64,000 bases of DNA, taken from NCBI GenBank assembly GCA_946403085.1, contig CAMIYM010000006.1, positions 66,131 to 130,130 on the forward strand, given 5' to 3'. Source of the DNA: an uncultured Clostridia bacterium. Its GTDB lineage: Bacteria > Bacillota > Clostridia > Saccharofermentanales > Saccharofermentanaceae. Below, piece by piece: positions 9,408 to 19,330 of the stretch; the stretch's first letter is position 1, and the number at the start of each line of letters is the position of its first letter. Position numbers and translations under genes: made by a program. The notes below the pieces were generated by a model, which saw only the letters and a program-made list of their open reading frames with translations, was not told the origin of the DNA and did not search any database.

Positions 9408-10754
9408 TCAATAGCCGAAAATGATCCTTAAGATATCTGATACAAAAGCAAAGATAAGCAACAATATGATCATCACAAATCCGACGATCGTAAGTCTTCC
9501 TTCAGCCTTCTCAGATAACTTACGTCCGATGATCATCTCAACGACTATAAAGATTATCTGTATGCCGTCCAATCCCGGAATCGGAAGAAGATTCGAGAAT
9601 GCCAAAGCAATAGATATTACAGCGCTCAGCATAATGAGCATGTAAACCTTGTCAGTAACCGAGTCTTCCTCATCCGCAACGACATCATTCACCATAGTGG
9701 TTATTCCTATGGGACCTGATACCAAATTATATGCTTTTACCTTGCCCGCGATAATATCTTTTATGCCTCTTATGGTGATATTTCCGATTGAAGCCGGCAT
9801 TTTGGCCGCATAACTTAACGCATAGAAAAAATGAGGTACAGAATCGATCCTGTAAGCTACAAGACGTACTCCTCTTGAAGAAACATAGTCAACATATTTA
9901 GGAACTAACTCATCTTCATGGGTCTCACCGTCTCTTACATAGGTTACATTTATCTTTTCATCTGTAATGCCAAAGAGATATTCTTCAAAGTCTTCGTCAG
10001 CGACGGATTTTCCATTGACATGAGTTACATAATCGCCTGCTTTGAGGATGGGATTTCCATTATTCTGTTCCTTTTCGACAGAGTATACTTTCCATCCCTT
10101 ATACTCATTATCAGTCTCCTTGGATTCAACAGTGATGAGCATCATCGGCCTGCTTCTGATTACAGGTGTAAGTGTAATATCATAATTCTTGCCGGTCTCT
10201 TTGGACTTAAGAGTAATTGTCATCTCCTTAGACGGATCAGCAGAATCAAGTTCATAATACAAGTCATATGCAGCGTATACCCTTACACCGTTTATGGCTT
10301 TGATCGAATCGCCGGGAGTAAACTCGGAAGCAACAACGCCTGCCTGGGTTCCTTCTACCGTTGGTCCGATATCTGTGCTAGTAAAACCGGTAACCCAGAA
10401 CATAATGAGGAAAATAAGTATACCGAGCACCAGGTTCATCGCAGGACCTGCCAAAGATACGAGAAGCCTCTTAATTCTAGGCTGATTTACAAGAAGATCC
10501 GGATCCTTGCTGTCAACAACATATCCGTCCTGATCGACCTCGGAAAATCTTACGTAAGCACCAATAGGTATCATCCTTAAGGAGAAATCAACATCCTTAT
10601 GCTTCCATTTGAGAAGTTTGGGACCTACAAAGATTGATACTTCAAATACCTTGATCTTAAGAAGTTTTGCAACCCAGAAATGTCCGAGTTCATGCAAAGT
10701 TGCAAGAACTCCGAGCATCAGGATTACAACGATTATGCTTCGAACTATACTCAT
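9408..10754 (-). CDS. rseP: RIP zinc metalloprotease (site-2 protease RseP/RasP family) with a PDZ region
   Basis: HELGHF (HExxH) lies in the first TM helix and NLLPIPGLDG near the C-terminus. The protein has multiple TM segments. The position between dxr and ispG is conserved. Confidence 0.85.
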   Translation of the reverse strand: MSIVRSIIVVILMLGVLATLHELGHFWVAKLLKIKVFEVSIFVGPKLLKWKHKDVDFSLRMIPIGAYVRFSEVDQDGYVVDSKDPDLLVNQPRIKRLLVSLAGPAMNLVLGILIFLIMFWVTGFTSTDIGPTVEGTQAGVVASEFTPGDSIKAINGVRVYAAYDLYYELDSADPSKEMTITLKSKETGKNYDITLTPVIRSRPMMLITVESKETDNEYKGWKVYSVEKEQNNGNPILKAGDYVTHVNGKSVADEDFEEYLFGITDEKINVTYVRDGETHEDELVPKYVDYVSSRGVRLVAYRIDSVPHFFYALSYAAKMPASIGNITIRGIKDIIAGKVKAYNLVSGPIGITTMVNDVVADEEDSVTDKVYMLIMLSAVISIALAFSNLLPIPGLDGIQIIFIVVEMIIGRKLSEKAEGRLTIVGFVMIILLLIFAFVSDILRIIFGY

Positions 10755-10756
10755 TA

Positions 10757-11935
10757 TCAGATCTTACCTGCTATTATCTCGTCTGCGTAAATACGCGCAT
10801 CACTGTCAGCTTTTTCGACTGACTCAATTGTCAGATCAATACCGCTAATTGAGGGTTCCATCTTCTCAACAGTCTCAAAGACAGTTCTCTCGATTCCTAA
10901 GAAATTGATCTTTCCTGAAAGATATGCCCTTACGGCTGATTCATTTGCAGCATTCATAACTGTTGGAACAAGCCCGCCCTTGCGGCCAGCCTCATAAGCA
11001 AGCTTAACAAGCCTGAATACTTCAGTATCACAAGGTTCAAATGTGATATTTGAGCATGCGATATCAAAAGGATCGAATTCCTTAACGATCGATGGACCTC
11101 TGTCAGGATAATAAAGAGCAACTTCAATCGGAAGGACCATGGAAGGCTTTCCCATCTGGGCAAGGACTGAACCGTCCTTAAGCCTGATCATGGAATGAAT
11201 TATGCTCTGGGGATGAACAACAACATCGATCCTGTCACAGTCTATACCGTAAAGATGATGTGCCTCAATGATCTCAAGACCTTTATTCATCATTGTTGCT
11301 GAGTCGATCGTGATCTTGCCGCCCATATTCCATGTCGGATGGTGAAGAGCATCCTGGAGTGTAACATTTTCGAGCTGCTCTCTGGTCATGCCTCTGAAAG
11401 GACCGCCAGAAGCTGTTATAAGGATCCTGTCGAGATCCTCCCTCTTCTCACCTTTAAGGCACTGCCATATAGCAGAATGCTCACTGTCGATAGGAAGCAT
11501 CTTAACGCCCTTTTCTTTAATGAGCGGCATAATGATGTCACCGCCGGCAACAAGAGTCTCTTTATTGGCAAGAGCAATGTCTTTTCCGGCAAGTATTCCG
11601 TGATAAACAGGCTCAAGTCCTGCAAAACCAACGATAGCACCTACGACTGTATCGCAGCTGTCTAATGTGGCACAGGCGATATTGCCTTCCTTACCGGTAA
11701 GTACTTCAGTACCGATGCCGGCTTCCTTCAGTCTAGAACTTAATTGGGCAGCCTTCTGCTCATCAACAACCGAACAGACCTTAGGTCTGAATTCTTCTAT
11801 CTGACTATAAAGGGTATCGATATCACCGCCGCAAGTAAGCGACTCGACAGTAAAGTCGGAAGGCGCTTTTCTTGCAACTTCAAGGGTCTGTTTACCGATA
11901 GAACCCGTAGAACCCAATATAGATAATCTGCGCAT
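10757..11935 (-). CDS. dxr: 1-deoxy-D-xylulose 5-phosphate reductoisomerase
   Basis: Contains ILGSTGSIG, LANKE, PIDSEHSA and ITASGGPFR, and has the full Dxr length of 392 aa. Confidence 0.92.
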   Translation of the reverse strand: MRRLSILGSTGSIGKQTLEVARKAPSDFTVESLTCGGDIDTLYSQIEEFRPKVCSVVDEQKAAQLSSRLKEAGIGTEVLTGKEGNIACATLDSCDTVVGAIVGFAGLEPVYHGILAGKDIALANKETLVAGGDIIMPLIKEKGVKMLPIDSEHSAIWQCLKGEKREDLDRILITASGGPFRGMTREQLENVTLQDALHHPTWNMGGKITIDSATMMNKGLEIIEAHHLYGIDCDRIDVVVHPQSIIHSMIRLKDGSVLAQMGKPSMVLPIEVALYYPDRGPSIVKEFDPFDIACSNITFEPCDTEVFRLVKLAYEAGRKGGLVPTVMNAANESAVRAYLSGKINFLGIERTVFETVEKMEPSISGIDLTIESVEKADSDARIYADEIIAGKI

Positions 11936-11977
11936 AATAATTCTCCTACTAAAGAATAATCAACAGTGCATGAAAAA

Positions 11978-12901
11978 TCAGAATAAATTATAGGCAATTA
12001 AAGCCAGAAGGAGTGCCGTCGGGAGCGTAAAGAAAGCGCTGTCGAACCTGTCGAGCATTCCGCCGTGTCCCGGGAAAAGATTGCTGAAATCTTTGATTCC
12101 GGTTCTTCTCTTGATAACAGAGCAGAACCAGTCGCCTAACTGGGACATTACGGAAATAAGGATTCCCAAAAGGAACATTATTATTCCGTAAGTTACTATA
12201 TTCATCTGAATCTCATCGACCTTATAGATAACGAGGCAGGAATAGACTGTAACTGCAAGCGCACAGAATACAGATCCGCCGATGCATCCTTCCCATGTCT
12301 TCTTGGGCGAGATATGGGGAACTATCTTATGCTTACCCAAGGCTACACCCGTGAAATAAGCAAATGTATCTGTCGCCCAAGGAGCGAAAAGTCCCATCAC
12401 CATGTAATACCATCCATGGGGCAGAAACAGCAACGCGCAGTCAAAACAAAACAGCGGAAATGAGATATAAAAGACCATTCCACCGGTAAAAATACCATTT
12501 AAGAAAGCCTTGTCGTCCTCAGGTCTTACAAGAGGGAGACAAATACCGCATGATACAGAATACATGCAGACAATGATCGAATATAGTGCCAGTGTATTCT
12601 CAGCCTTAAGCTGAAAGAAAAGACCGCAGATCATAACGAGAGTCGCAAGACCCATACCTGTGATCAGGAGAAGTCTTGAAGGATGGTAACCGCCATGCTT
12701 GATGGCTTTATACATTTCAACGCATGAAAACACGCAGATGATAACAGACATTACTACCGCTGTTATCGGCCAAAACAGTGCGGGCAAAAAGAATGACAGC
12801 ACAAGAATGGTAAAGATAATGCCTGTGATAATTCTCTGTTTCAAATCAAGTCTTACTTTCTTTCTTGGATAAACCGCCGAAGCGTCTGTCTCTTCCGGCA
12901 A
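11978..12901 (-). CDS. cdsA: phosphatidate cytidylyltransferase
   Basis: A polytopic membrane protein with the C-terminal CDS signature (SxxKRxxGxKDxxxxxPGHGGxxDRxD: SVIKRRTGIKDFSNLFPGHGGMLDRFD). The track start (TTG at 12901) overlaps uppS by 55 nt. A TTG just after the uppS stop is an alternative start. Confidence 0.8.
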   Translation of the reverse strand: MPEETDASAVYPRKKVRLDLKQRIITGIIFTILVLSFFLPALFWPITAVVMSVIICVFSCVEMYKAIKHGGYHPSRLLLITGMGLATLVMICGLFFQLKAENTLALYSIIVCMYSVSCGICLPLVRPEDDKAFLNGIFTGGMVFYISFPLFCFDCALLFLPHGWYYMVMGLFAPWATDTFAYFTGVALGKHKIVPHISPKKTWEGCIGGSVFCALAVTVYSCLVIYKVDEIQMNIVTYGIIMFLLGILISVMSQLGDWFCSVIKRRTGIKDFSNLFPGHGGMLDRFDSAFFTLPTALLLALIAYNLF

Positions 12902-13613
12902 AATCCCTGAACGCCTGTGTCAGATCTTCATATCCGAAATCAGGCCACAAAGTATCAGAAACCCAGAATTCAGAATATGCGCTTTCCCACAAAAGGAAAT
13001 TCGATAATCTCATCTCTCCGCTGGGTCTGATGATCAGTTCAGGATCAGGTACATCAGGAAGATACATGTTATCAGAGATCATCTTTTCGGTGATATCTGA
13101 AGGCTCAAGATTGCCTGCTTTTACCTGCTCGGCTATATGGCGGCAGCTGTTAAGGATCTCACGTCTTCCGCCGTAATTAAGTGCAACGATAAGCTGCATA
13201 TTGGAACGTTCTTTTGAGCGCTCTTCTGCTGTCTTGCAAACTTCCCTGACCTTAGGCGGAAGTTCACTGTCATCACCGGTAAATCTTACCCTGATGCCTT
13301 CTTGCGCAAGCTCAGCATCATATTTATCAAATAACTCGACAAAGAGCTTCATGAGAAAATCAACTTCAGGCTGGGGTCTTGCCCAGTTCTCTGTCGAAAA
13401 AGCATAGACCGTAAGATACTTAACACCGTATCTAACGCAGTTACGGCAAAGTTCCTTAAGATTCTCTGCTCCTACTTTATGTCCGGCAGATCTGGGAAGA
13501 TGTCTTTGAGTTGCCCATCTTCCGTTGCCGTCCATTATTACACCCAAAGATACGGGGACCTTAAGGTCTCCCGTATCATAAGTCTTTTCCTGTTTATTTC
13601 CGAAAATGGCCAT
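12846..13613 (-). CDS. uppS: isoprenyl transferase (undecaprenyl diphosphate synthase)
   Basis: Contains IMDGNGRWA, YAFSTENW and the RLSNFLLWE cis-prenyltransferase motifs. Confidence 0.9.
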   Translation of the reverse strand: MAIFGNKQEKTYDTGDLKVPVSLGVIMDGNGRWATQRHLPRSAGHKVGAENLKELCRNCVRYGVKYLTVYAFSTENWARPQPEVDFLMKLFVELFDKYDAELAQEGIRVRFTGDDSELPPKVREVCKTAEERSKERSNMQLIVALNYGGRREILNSCRHIAEQVKAGNLEPSDITEKMISDNMYLPDVPDPELIIRPSGEMRLSNFLLWESAYSEFWVSDTLWPDFGYEDLTQAFRDFAGRDRRFGGLSKKESKT

Positions 13614-13617
13614 CGTA

Positions 13618-14190
13618 TCAGATTTCCATCAATTCCTTGTCTTTTGCTTCGCAGACCTTGTCTACTTCTGCTGTGAACTTATCTGTGATCTTCTGGATCT
13701 TCTCTTCGAATTCCTTAAGAAGGTCATCTGTAAGTTCCTTCTTCTTGTTCGCAGCACGCATCTTATCGATAGCATCACGGCGGTTGTTACGGATAACTAC
13801 CTTTGTCTCATCACCGTAAACCTTAACCTGCTTAACAAGATCCTTACGTCTGTCCTCTGTAAGCATAGGGAAAACAAGTCTGATCATCTTACCGTCGTTT
13901 GTAGGATTGATTCCAAGATCAGATGCCTGGATAGCGTGCTCGATCTCCTTGAGCATCTTGGGATCCCAGGGAGTAAGCGTGATCATTCTAGCCTCAGGGA
14001 CCTGAATGTTAGCTACAGCATTAAGTCCTGAAGGAGCACCATAGTAATCAACTGTTATCTTGTCCAGAACATGCGGATTAGCACGTCCGGCACGGATTGT
14101 ATTGAGGTTCTCCTGAAGGTTATCGATGCACTTCTGCATTTTTGCTTCGATATCATCGTAATCTTTCTTTGTGATCTCGATCATAGCCAT
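13618..14190 (-). CDS. frr: ribosome recycling factor
   Basis: 190 aa with LNTIRAGRANP, VDYYG and LTEDRRKDLVK. It sits in the conserved pyrH-frr-uppS order. Confidence 0.92.
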   Translation of the reverse strand: MAMIEITKKDYDDIEAKMQKCIDNLQENLNTIRAGRANPHVLDKITVDYYGAPSGLNAVANIQVPEARMITLTPWDPKMLKEIEHAIQASDLGINPTNDGKMIRLVFPMLTEDRRKDLVKQVKVYGDETKVVIRNNRRDAIDKMRAANKKKELTDDLLKEFEEKIQKITDKFTAEVDKVCEAKDKELMEI

Positions 14191-14218
14191 AATTGTAGCC
14201 TCCCTGTATTAATATTTT

Positions 14219-14926
14219 TTATTCAACGATAGTTCCTAAGTTCTCGCCCTTTGCGATCCTTACGATATTCTCAGGATCTTTCATGGAGAATACGAGGATC
14301 TTTGTATGATTATCACGGCAAAGAGCAGCTGCTGTAGCATCCATAACCTTAAGGTTAAGTCTTAATACTTCATCATGGGATACCTTGTCATACTTCTTGG
14401 CATCAGGATAGACATTAGGATCCTTGTCATATACACCGTCAACCATTGTAGCCTTGAGGAATACATCAGCACCGATCTCTGTAGCTCTCAGAGCAGCACC
14501 TGTGTCTGTGGAGAAATAAGGGTTACCTGTTCCGCATGCAAAGATTACGATCCTTCCCTTCTCCAAGTGTCTTACAGCTCTCTTTCTGATATAAGGTTCA
14601 GCCATCTGTCTGACTTCAATAGCGGACAATACTCTTGTGATGGCACCCTGCTGCTCCAAAGCATCAGAAAGAGCAAGTGAGTTCATAAGTGTGGCAAGCA
14701 TGCCCATATGATCAGCAGTAACTCTGTCCATCTTCTCGGAAGATCTTCCTCTCCAGAAGTTACCTCCGCCTACTACTATCGCGACTTGAACACCAAGATC
14801 TGCTACAGCCTTGATATTAGCGGAAATCTCCTTAAGGACTTCATCATTGATTCCCATCTTGGCATCACCTGCCAAAGCCTCACCGGAAATCTTAAGAAGT
14901 ACTCTCTTATACTTATTCTCACTCAT
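14219..14926 (-). CDS. pyrH: UMP kinase
   Basis: Contains [22 protein letters not shown] and [11 protein letters not shown]. Confidence 0.92.
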   Translation of the reverse strand: MSENKYKRVLLKISGEALAGDAKMGINDEVLKEISANIKAVADLGVQVAIVVGGGNFWRGRSSEKMDRVTADHMGMLATLMNSLALSDALEQQGAITRVLSAIEVRQMAEPYIRKRAVRHLEKGRIVIFACGTGNPYFSTDTGAALRATEIGADVFLKATMVDGVYDKDPNVYPDAKKYDKVSHDEVLRLNLKVMDATAAALCRDNHTKILVFSMKDPENIVRIAKGENLGTIVE

Positions 14927-15042
14927 TTAATCTGATCCTCCAAAAATAACTACATAAGATTTTAACAATAATATCTTCTTATTAAAAGTAAAAAATAGAC
15001 TTTGGTGAGGCTATTACCGCAAATAAACCCACATTTCTTTAC

Positions 15043-15075
15043 TCAAAAAAAAGGCTGTCCATACCGGACAGCCTT
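15043..15075 (-). terminator. rho-independent terminator downstream of tsf
   Basis: On the minus strand, AAGGCTGTCC-GGTAT-GGACAGCCTT (GC-rich 8-10 bp stem) is followed by T8. It lies 32 nt after the tsf stop. Confidence 0.7.
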
Positions 15076-15106
15076 ATAAGTCTGATTAAAAGACCAAGAT
15101 GATCTA

Positions 15107-16045
15107 TTAGAGACCAGCCTGCTTTCTAACTTCCTCAGCGAAGTCATCGACCTTCTTCTCGATACCTTCACCAAGACCGAATCTTGTGAAACGAACGATA
15201 GAAACATCAGCACCGATAGCCTTCTTGGACTGCTCGATGAACTGAGCGATTGTAAGATCGTCATCTCTGAAGAATTCCTGATCTACGAGGCAGTTGAGCT
15301 TATAGAAGTTCTTGATCTGACCGGGAACGATTCTCTCCATAACGATCTTCTCAGGCTTGCCCTCTTCGAGAGCCTTATTCTTGATGATCTCAACTTCCTT
15401 GTCGAGCTCAGCCTGGGGAACGTCTTCCTCGTTAACCCAGTTAGGTCTCATTGAAGCAACCTGCATGCCGATGTTCTTAGCGAAATCAGCGAACTCAGGC
15501 TTTGTGATAACAGAATCATCATCTGTTGTAACTTCAACGAAAACGCCTACCTTACCGCCCATGTGGATGTAAGAAGCAACAGCGCCGTTGCCCTCTACCT
15601 CATAAATAACGAATCTTCTGATTGAAGTATTCTCACCGATGTCAGCGATAGCTTCCTTCTGGAAGATCTCAACTGTCTTGGAATCATCGTTGTAAAGAGT
15701 CTGAGCCATAAGCTCTTCCATATTAGCAGGCTTCTTTGTGAGAATGTGTGTAGCAACAGTCTCTGTGAAAGCCTTGAACTTATCTGTATTAGCAGCAAAG
15801 TCTGTCTCAATGTTGATCTCTACGAGAACACCGGACTTCTTATCGTCAGCGATCTTGCAAACTACTGCACCCTCTGCAGCGATTCTAGCGGACTTCTTCT
15901 CAGCCTTAGCCATACCCTTTTCACGGAGCCAAGCCTTAGCCTTCTCGATATCACCGTCGCACTCGATAAGTGCCTTCTTGCAGTCCATAATACCGCAATC
16001 TGTAAGATCACGGAGTTCTTTAACCTGTTGTGCTGTTACTGCCAT
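15107..16045 (-). CDS. tsf: translation elongation factor Ts
   Basis: Contains VKELRDLTDCGIMDCKKAL (UBA-like N-terminus) and has full-length Ts similarity. It follows rpsB. Confidence 0.92.
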   Translation of the reverse strand: MAVTAQQVKELRDLTDCGIMDCKKALIECDGDIEKAKAWLREKGMAKAEKKSARIAAEGAVVCKIADDKKSGVLVEINIETDFAANTDKFKAFTETVATHILTKKPANMEELMAQTLYNDDSKTVEIFQKEAIADIGENTSIRRFVIYEVEGNGAVASYIHMGGKVGVFVEVTTDDDSVITKPEFADFAKNIGMQVASMRPNWVNEEDVPQAELDKEVEIIKNKALEEGKPEKIVMERIVPGQIKNFYKLNCLVDQEFFRDDDLTIAQFIEQSKKAIGADVSIVRFTRFGLGEGIEKKVDDFAEEVRKQAGL

Positions 16046-16081
16046 ATGTATTCTCCTTTAAGATTATAGTTAAGATTTGAA

Positions 16082-16891
16082 TTAAGACTCAGAAGCGATC
16101 TCTTCGATGGACTTCTCAGCAGCAGCCTCTGTAGCCTGCTCTTCAGCAACTTCTGCTGTAGCAGCCTGAGCTTCTGCGGAATCAAGATCCATACCCTCAG
16201 ATGTAGCATCCTCACCCTGATGAGCTTCGATAACAGCGTCAGCCATCTTAGCTGTGATGAGCTTAACTGCACGGATAGCGTCATCGTTACCAGGGATAAC
16301 ATAATCTACTTCGTCAGGATCGCAGTTTGTATCAACGATAGCAACAATCGGGATACCAAGTCTCTTAGCTTCTGCAACTGCATTGTGCTCCTTCTTTGTA
16401 TCAACGATGAAAAGAGCTGCAGGAAGCTTAACCATACCAACGATACCGCCAAGGTTCTGATCGAGCTTTGTCATCTCGAGCTTAAGCTTAGCAACTTCCT
16501 TCTTTGTTCTGAGTTCGAAAGAACCATCAGCTTCCATTCTGCGGAGCTCTTCAAGTCTTGCAACTCTCTTCTTGATTGTTACGAAGTTTGTGAGAGTACC
16601 ACCAAGCCAACGATAATTAACATAGAACTGTCCGCAACGCTGAGCTTCTTCCTTGATGGAATCCTGAGCCTGCTTCTTTGTACCTACGAAAAGGATATCA
16701 CCCTTCTCAGCGAGCTCACGCATAGCGTCATAGGCCTCGTCGACCTTCTTGACTGTCTTCTGCAAATCGATGATGTGGATTGAGTTACGCTCCGTGAAGA
16801 TGTACTCAGACATCTTAGGGTTCCAACGACGTGTCTGGTGACCGAAGTGAACACCTGCTTCAAGAAGCTGCTTCATTAAAATAACTGGCAT
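16082..16891 (-). CDS. rpsB: 30S ribosomal protein S2 with an acidic C-terminal tail
   Basis: Contains [22 protein letters not shown], a canonical S2 N-terminus. Confidence 0.95.
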   Translation of the reverse strand: MPVILMKQLLEAGVHFGHQTRRWNPKMSEYIFTERNSIHIIDLQKTVKKVDEAYDAMRELAEKGDILFVGTKKQAQDSIKEEAQRCGQFYVNYRWLGGTLTNFVTIKKRVARLEELRRMEADGSFELRTKKEVAKLKLEMTKLDQNLGGIVGMVKLPAALFIVDTKKEHNAVAEAKRLGIPIVAIVDTNCDPDEVDYVIPGNDDAIRAVKLITAKMADAVIEAHQGEDATSEGMDLDSAEAQAATAEVAEEQATEAAAEKSIEEIASES

Positions 16892-16985
16892 AAATAAATC
16901 CTCCTGTTTTCTTCCGCATACATCAAGTAATATTCAGCTCAAAATGGCCACAGTCGGAATGTATGCGTGATTTTTATGCCCGAGT

Positions 16986-17014
16986 ATTCTAACAAAAACA
17001 AAAATTCAATGCAA
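16986..17014 (-). promoter_or_regulatory. candidate sigma-70-type promoter for rpsB-tsf
   Basis: The minus strand reads TTGCAT, a 17-nt spacer, then TAGAAT. It lies about 95 nt upstream of the rpsB ATG, just after the folA stop. Confidence 0.45.
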
Positions 17015-17060
17015 GTATGTCTTCGTTAAATCATATTAAAAGATGTGGAATATGAAAAAA

Positions 17061-17561
17061 TCACTTTCTCTTATAGTGTTTTACAGTGAATTCCACGCCT
17101 TTTTCGCTCATTACGGGAGGTTCTTCCTCTTCAAGGATCCAATCAGGATCTTCATCAAGATTCGGGAACCAGCAATCAGCCTCGAATTCAGCCTTAATGC
17201 TTGTGATTATAGCCTTATCGCAAAGACCTATCAGGGAATTATAAAGAGATGCTCCGCCAATGAGATAGACATCATCTGCCGTAAGTGACAGGAAATCCTC
17301 GAGTTCAGAGGCGGAATGAAGGATCATTGCACCCTCCTTCTCGTAATCAAAACTCCTGGACATGATAACATTTACCCTGTTGGGAAGAAGCCTCTGTCCG
17401 GGGAAAGTCTCAAGAGTCTTACGGCCATATACCACAGTATGACCTGCTGTATACTTCTTAAAAACTCCCTTCTGGTCCTCAGGTAAAGAAATAAGGAGTT
17501 TTCCCTGGTTTCCGATTGCCCAATTCTTATCTACAGCTGAAATTGCGATCATGATAATCAC
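17061..17561 (-). CDS. folA: dihydrofolate reductase
   Basis: 166 aa with IAISAVDKNWAIG, GRKTLETFP and YLIGGASLY. Its ATG overlaps the stop of the upstream gene (ATGA). Confidence 0.85.
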   Translation of the reverse strand: MIIMIAISAVDKNWAIGNQGKLLISLPEDQKGVFKKYTAGHTVVYGRKTLETFPGQRLLPNRVNVIMSRSFDYEKEGAMILHSASELEDFLSLTADDVYLIGGASLYNSLIGLCDKAIITSIKAEFEADCWFPNLDEDPDWILEEEEPPVMSEKGVEFTVKHYKRK

Positions 17562-18271
17562 CCCTCAAATAATTCAGTAAAATAGCCCGACTGTGATACC
17601 GGTTCACCGGCTTCCAGTAAATGCCTTGAATCAGCAAATGTCTGTACTCTGAAGCTTGCCTGACCTGGAATCCTCTCTTCAGAGCCCAGTACCGTGATCG
17701 AAGTCGGTGCCATCATCATGCCCTGCCAGATGGAAGGAGCAGCAACACCTATCAGATGGCCCAGGATCAAGGCAGTAACTCCGAAATGGCAGAAGAATAC
17801 GATATTGTCATCATTATGCTCTATAACATCGTAGAAATTTCTGTCGTTTCTTTTATAGCCATGCTTTTCGAGCAAAGCATCAAAGCCTTCATATACTTCT
17901 TTCGCATGTTTTGCGATGTCACCGGATGCCATGATATCGGAATATGCCCACATATCCTTGTCATGAAGATCATCCCTGTAATTGAAATCCTTCGGATAGA
18001 AATCCCAGGCTATAGTCCACTGCTGTTCCTGTTCATCCCATATCCTGTAATAGAATTCCTTAAGCCAGTCACAGGTTATCGCTTCCCTGCCGGTCTTCTT
18101 AAGTGATACGGAACAAGTATCCTGAGCTCTTCCCAAGGGAGAACAGTAGATCTGCTTTATGTCCCACTTGGCAACACGTTCAGCGAGGATCTCCGCTTCG
18201 CGCCAGCCCTTTTCAGTCAAGGAATCCCTCTCGTAATCAGGATCCCCGTGTCTAATGAATATCTGTTTCAT
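17558..18271 (-). CDS. histidine phosphatase family protein (phosphoglycerate-mutase-like)
   Basis: The N-terminal IRHGDPDY (RHG catalytic motif) is present, along with a later HFG histidine. The substrate is unknown. Confidence 0.7.
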   Translation of the reverse strand: MKQIFIRHGDPDYERDSLTEKGWREAEILAERVAKWDIKQIYCSPLGRAQDTCSVSLKKTGREAITCDWLKEFYYRIWDEQEQQWTIAWDFYPKDFNYRDDLHDKDMWAYSDIMASGDIAKHAKEVYEGFDALLEKHGYKRNDRNFYDVIEHNDDNIVFFCHFGVTALILGHLIGVAAPSIWQGMMMAPTSITVLGSEERIPGQASFRVQTFADSRHLLEAGEPVSQSGYFTELFEG

Positions 18272-18284
18272 TCAGGCACCGCCG

Positions 18285-19118
18285 TTAAACAGCTACCGGA
18301 ATGCCCTTGATCTTAGGACCGGACTCGTAGCCTTCAAGTCTTATATTATCTGTGGTGAACTGATAGAAATCAGTTATACCTTCATCGAGAACGAGCTTCG
18401 GTGCAGGATACTTAGGCATCTCAATTAGCTCTTTTACGATATCGACATGTCTGTCATAGATATGAGCATCAGCGATCACATGAACGAACTCACCGACTTC
18501 AAGGCCAGAGCATCTTGCGAAAAGATGTACAAGCACAGCATACTGGCATACGTTCCATGCATTTGCAACGAGCATGTCGTTGCTTCTCTGGTTAAGGATA
18601 GCGTTGAGCTTATTACCCGTTACGTTAAAAGTCATTGAATAAGCGCAGGGATAAAGATGCATCTCGGAAAGATCCTGATGCACATAGATATTTGTCATAA
18701 TTCTTCTTGAGGAAGGATTGTTCTTAAGATCGTATAGGACACGGTCGACCTGGTCGAACTCGCCTTCCTTATACTTATGCTTAACGCCTAACTGGTAGCC
18801 GTATGCCTTGCCGATAGAGCCAGTCTCATCAGCCCATGCATCCCAGATATGTGAATTAAGGTCATTAACATTATTGGATTTCTTCTGCCAGATCCACAAG
18901 AGCTCATCAACTGCAGCTTTGAAATTGATCCAGCGCTGAGTAAACATAGGGAATTCCTCAGCAAGATTATAGCGGTTAACGATAGCAAAAGCCTTGTAAG
19001 TATAAGCAGGTGCACCGTCGTCTGCCCAGTGAGGTCTGACCTTGTCATTGATGGTGGAATAACCTGAGTTAAGGATGGTCTTAATGTTCTCGTCGAAAAT
19101 ATCATCTGCCCGGCTCAT
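18285..19118 (-). CDS. thyA: thymidylate synthase (ThyA type)
   Basis: Contains the catalytic-Cys context LYPCAYSMTF, plus NQRSNDM and DAHIYD. Confidence 0.92.
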   Translation of the reverse strand: MSRADDIFDENIKTILNSGYSTINDKVRPHWADDGAPAYTYKAFAIVNRYNLAEEFPMFTQRWINFKAAVDELLWIWQKKSNNVNDLNSHIWDAWADETGSIGKAYGYQLGVKHKYKEGEFDQVDRVLYDLKNNPSSRRIMTNIYVHQDLSEMHLYPCAYSMTFNVTGNKLNAILNQRSNDMLVANAWNVCQYAVLVHLFARCSGLEVGEFVHVIADAHIYDRHVDIVKELIEMPKYPAPKLVLDEGITDFYQFTTDNIRLEGYESGPKIKGIPVAV

Positions 19119-19181
19119 ATGCAGTCACTCCCTTTGATTTGATAGTTCCGATTATAACATTATGTATACGAATCCTATCAA

Positions 19182-19217
19182 ACAAAAAATGACCTCCGTA
19201 CTTAGTACGAAGGTCAT
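19182..19217 (-). terminator. rho-independent terminator after the tRNA-Pro pair
   Basis: On the minus strand, ATGACCTTCGTAC-TAA-GTACGGAGGTCAT (13-bp stem with one mismatch) is followed by TTTTTTG. Confidence 0.6.
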
Positions 19218-19226
19218 ATTGGTAAT

Positions 19227-19303
19227 TGGTCGGAGTGACGGGACTTGAACCCACGACCTCTTGCTCCCTAAGCAAGCACTCTAGCCACCTGAGCTACACC
19301 CCG
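19227..19303 (-). tRNA. tRNA-Pro with anticodon AGG (A at wobble position 34)
   Basis: Hand-folded 77-nt cloverleaf: CGGGGTG/CACTCCG acceptor (C1:G72, A73, encoded CCA), GCTC/GAGT D stem, CTTGC-TTAGGGA-GCAAG anticodon arm, GTGGG-TTCAAGT-CCCGT T arm. With U33 and G37 in place, the anticodon reads A-G-G. Confidence 0.8.
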
Positions 19304-19330
19304 ATGAACAGCCTCGTTAAGGAAAAATAT

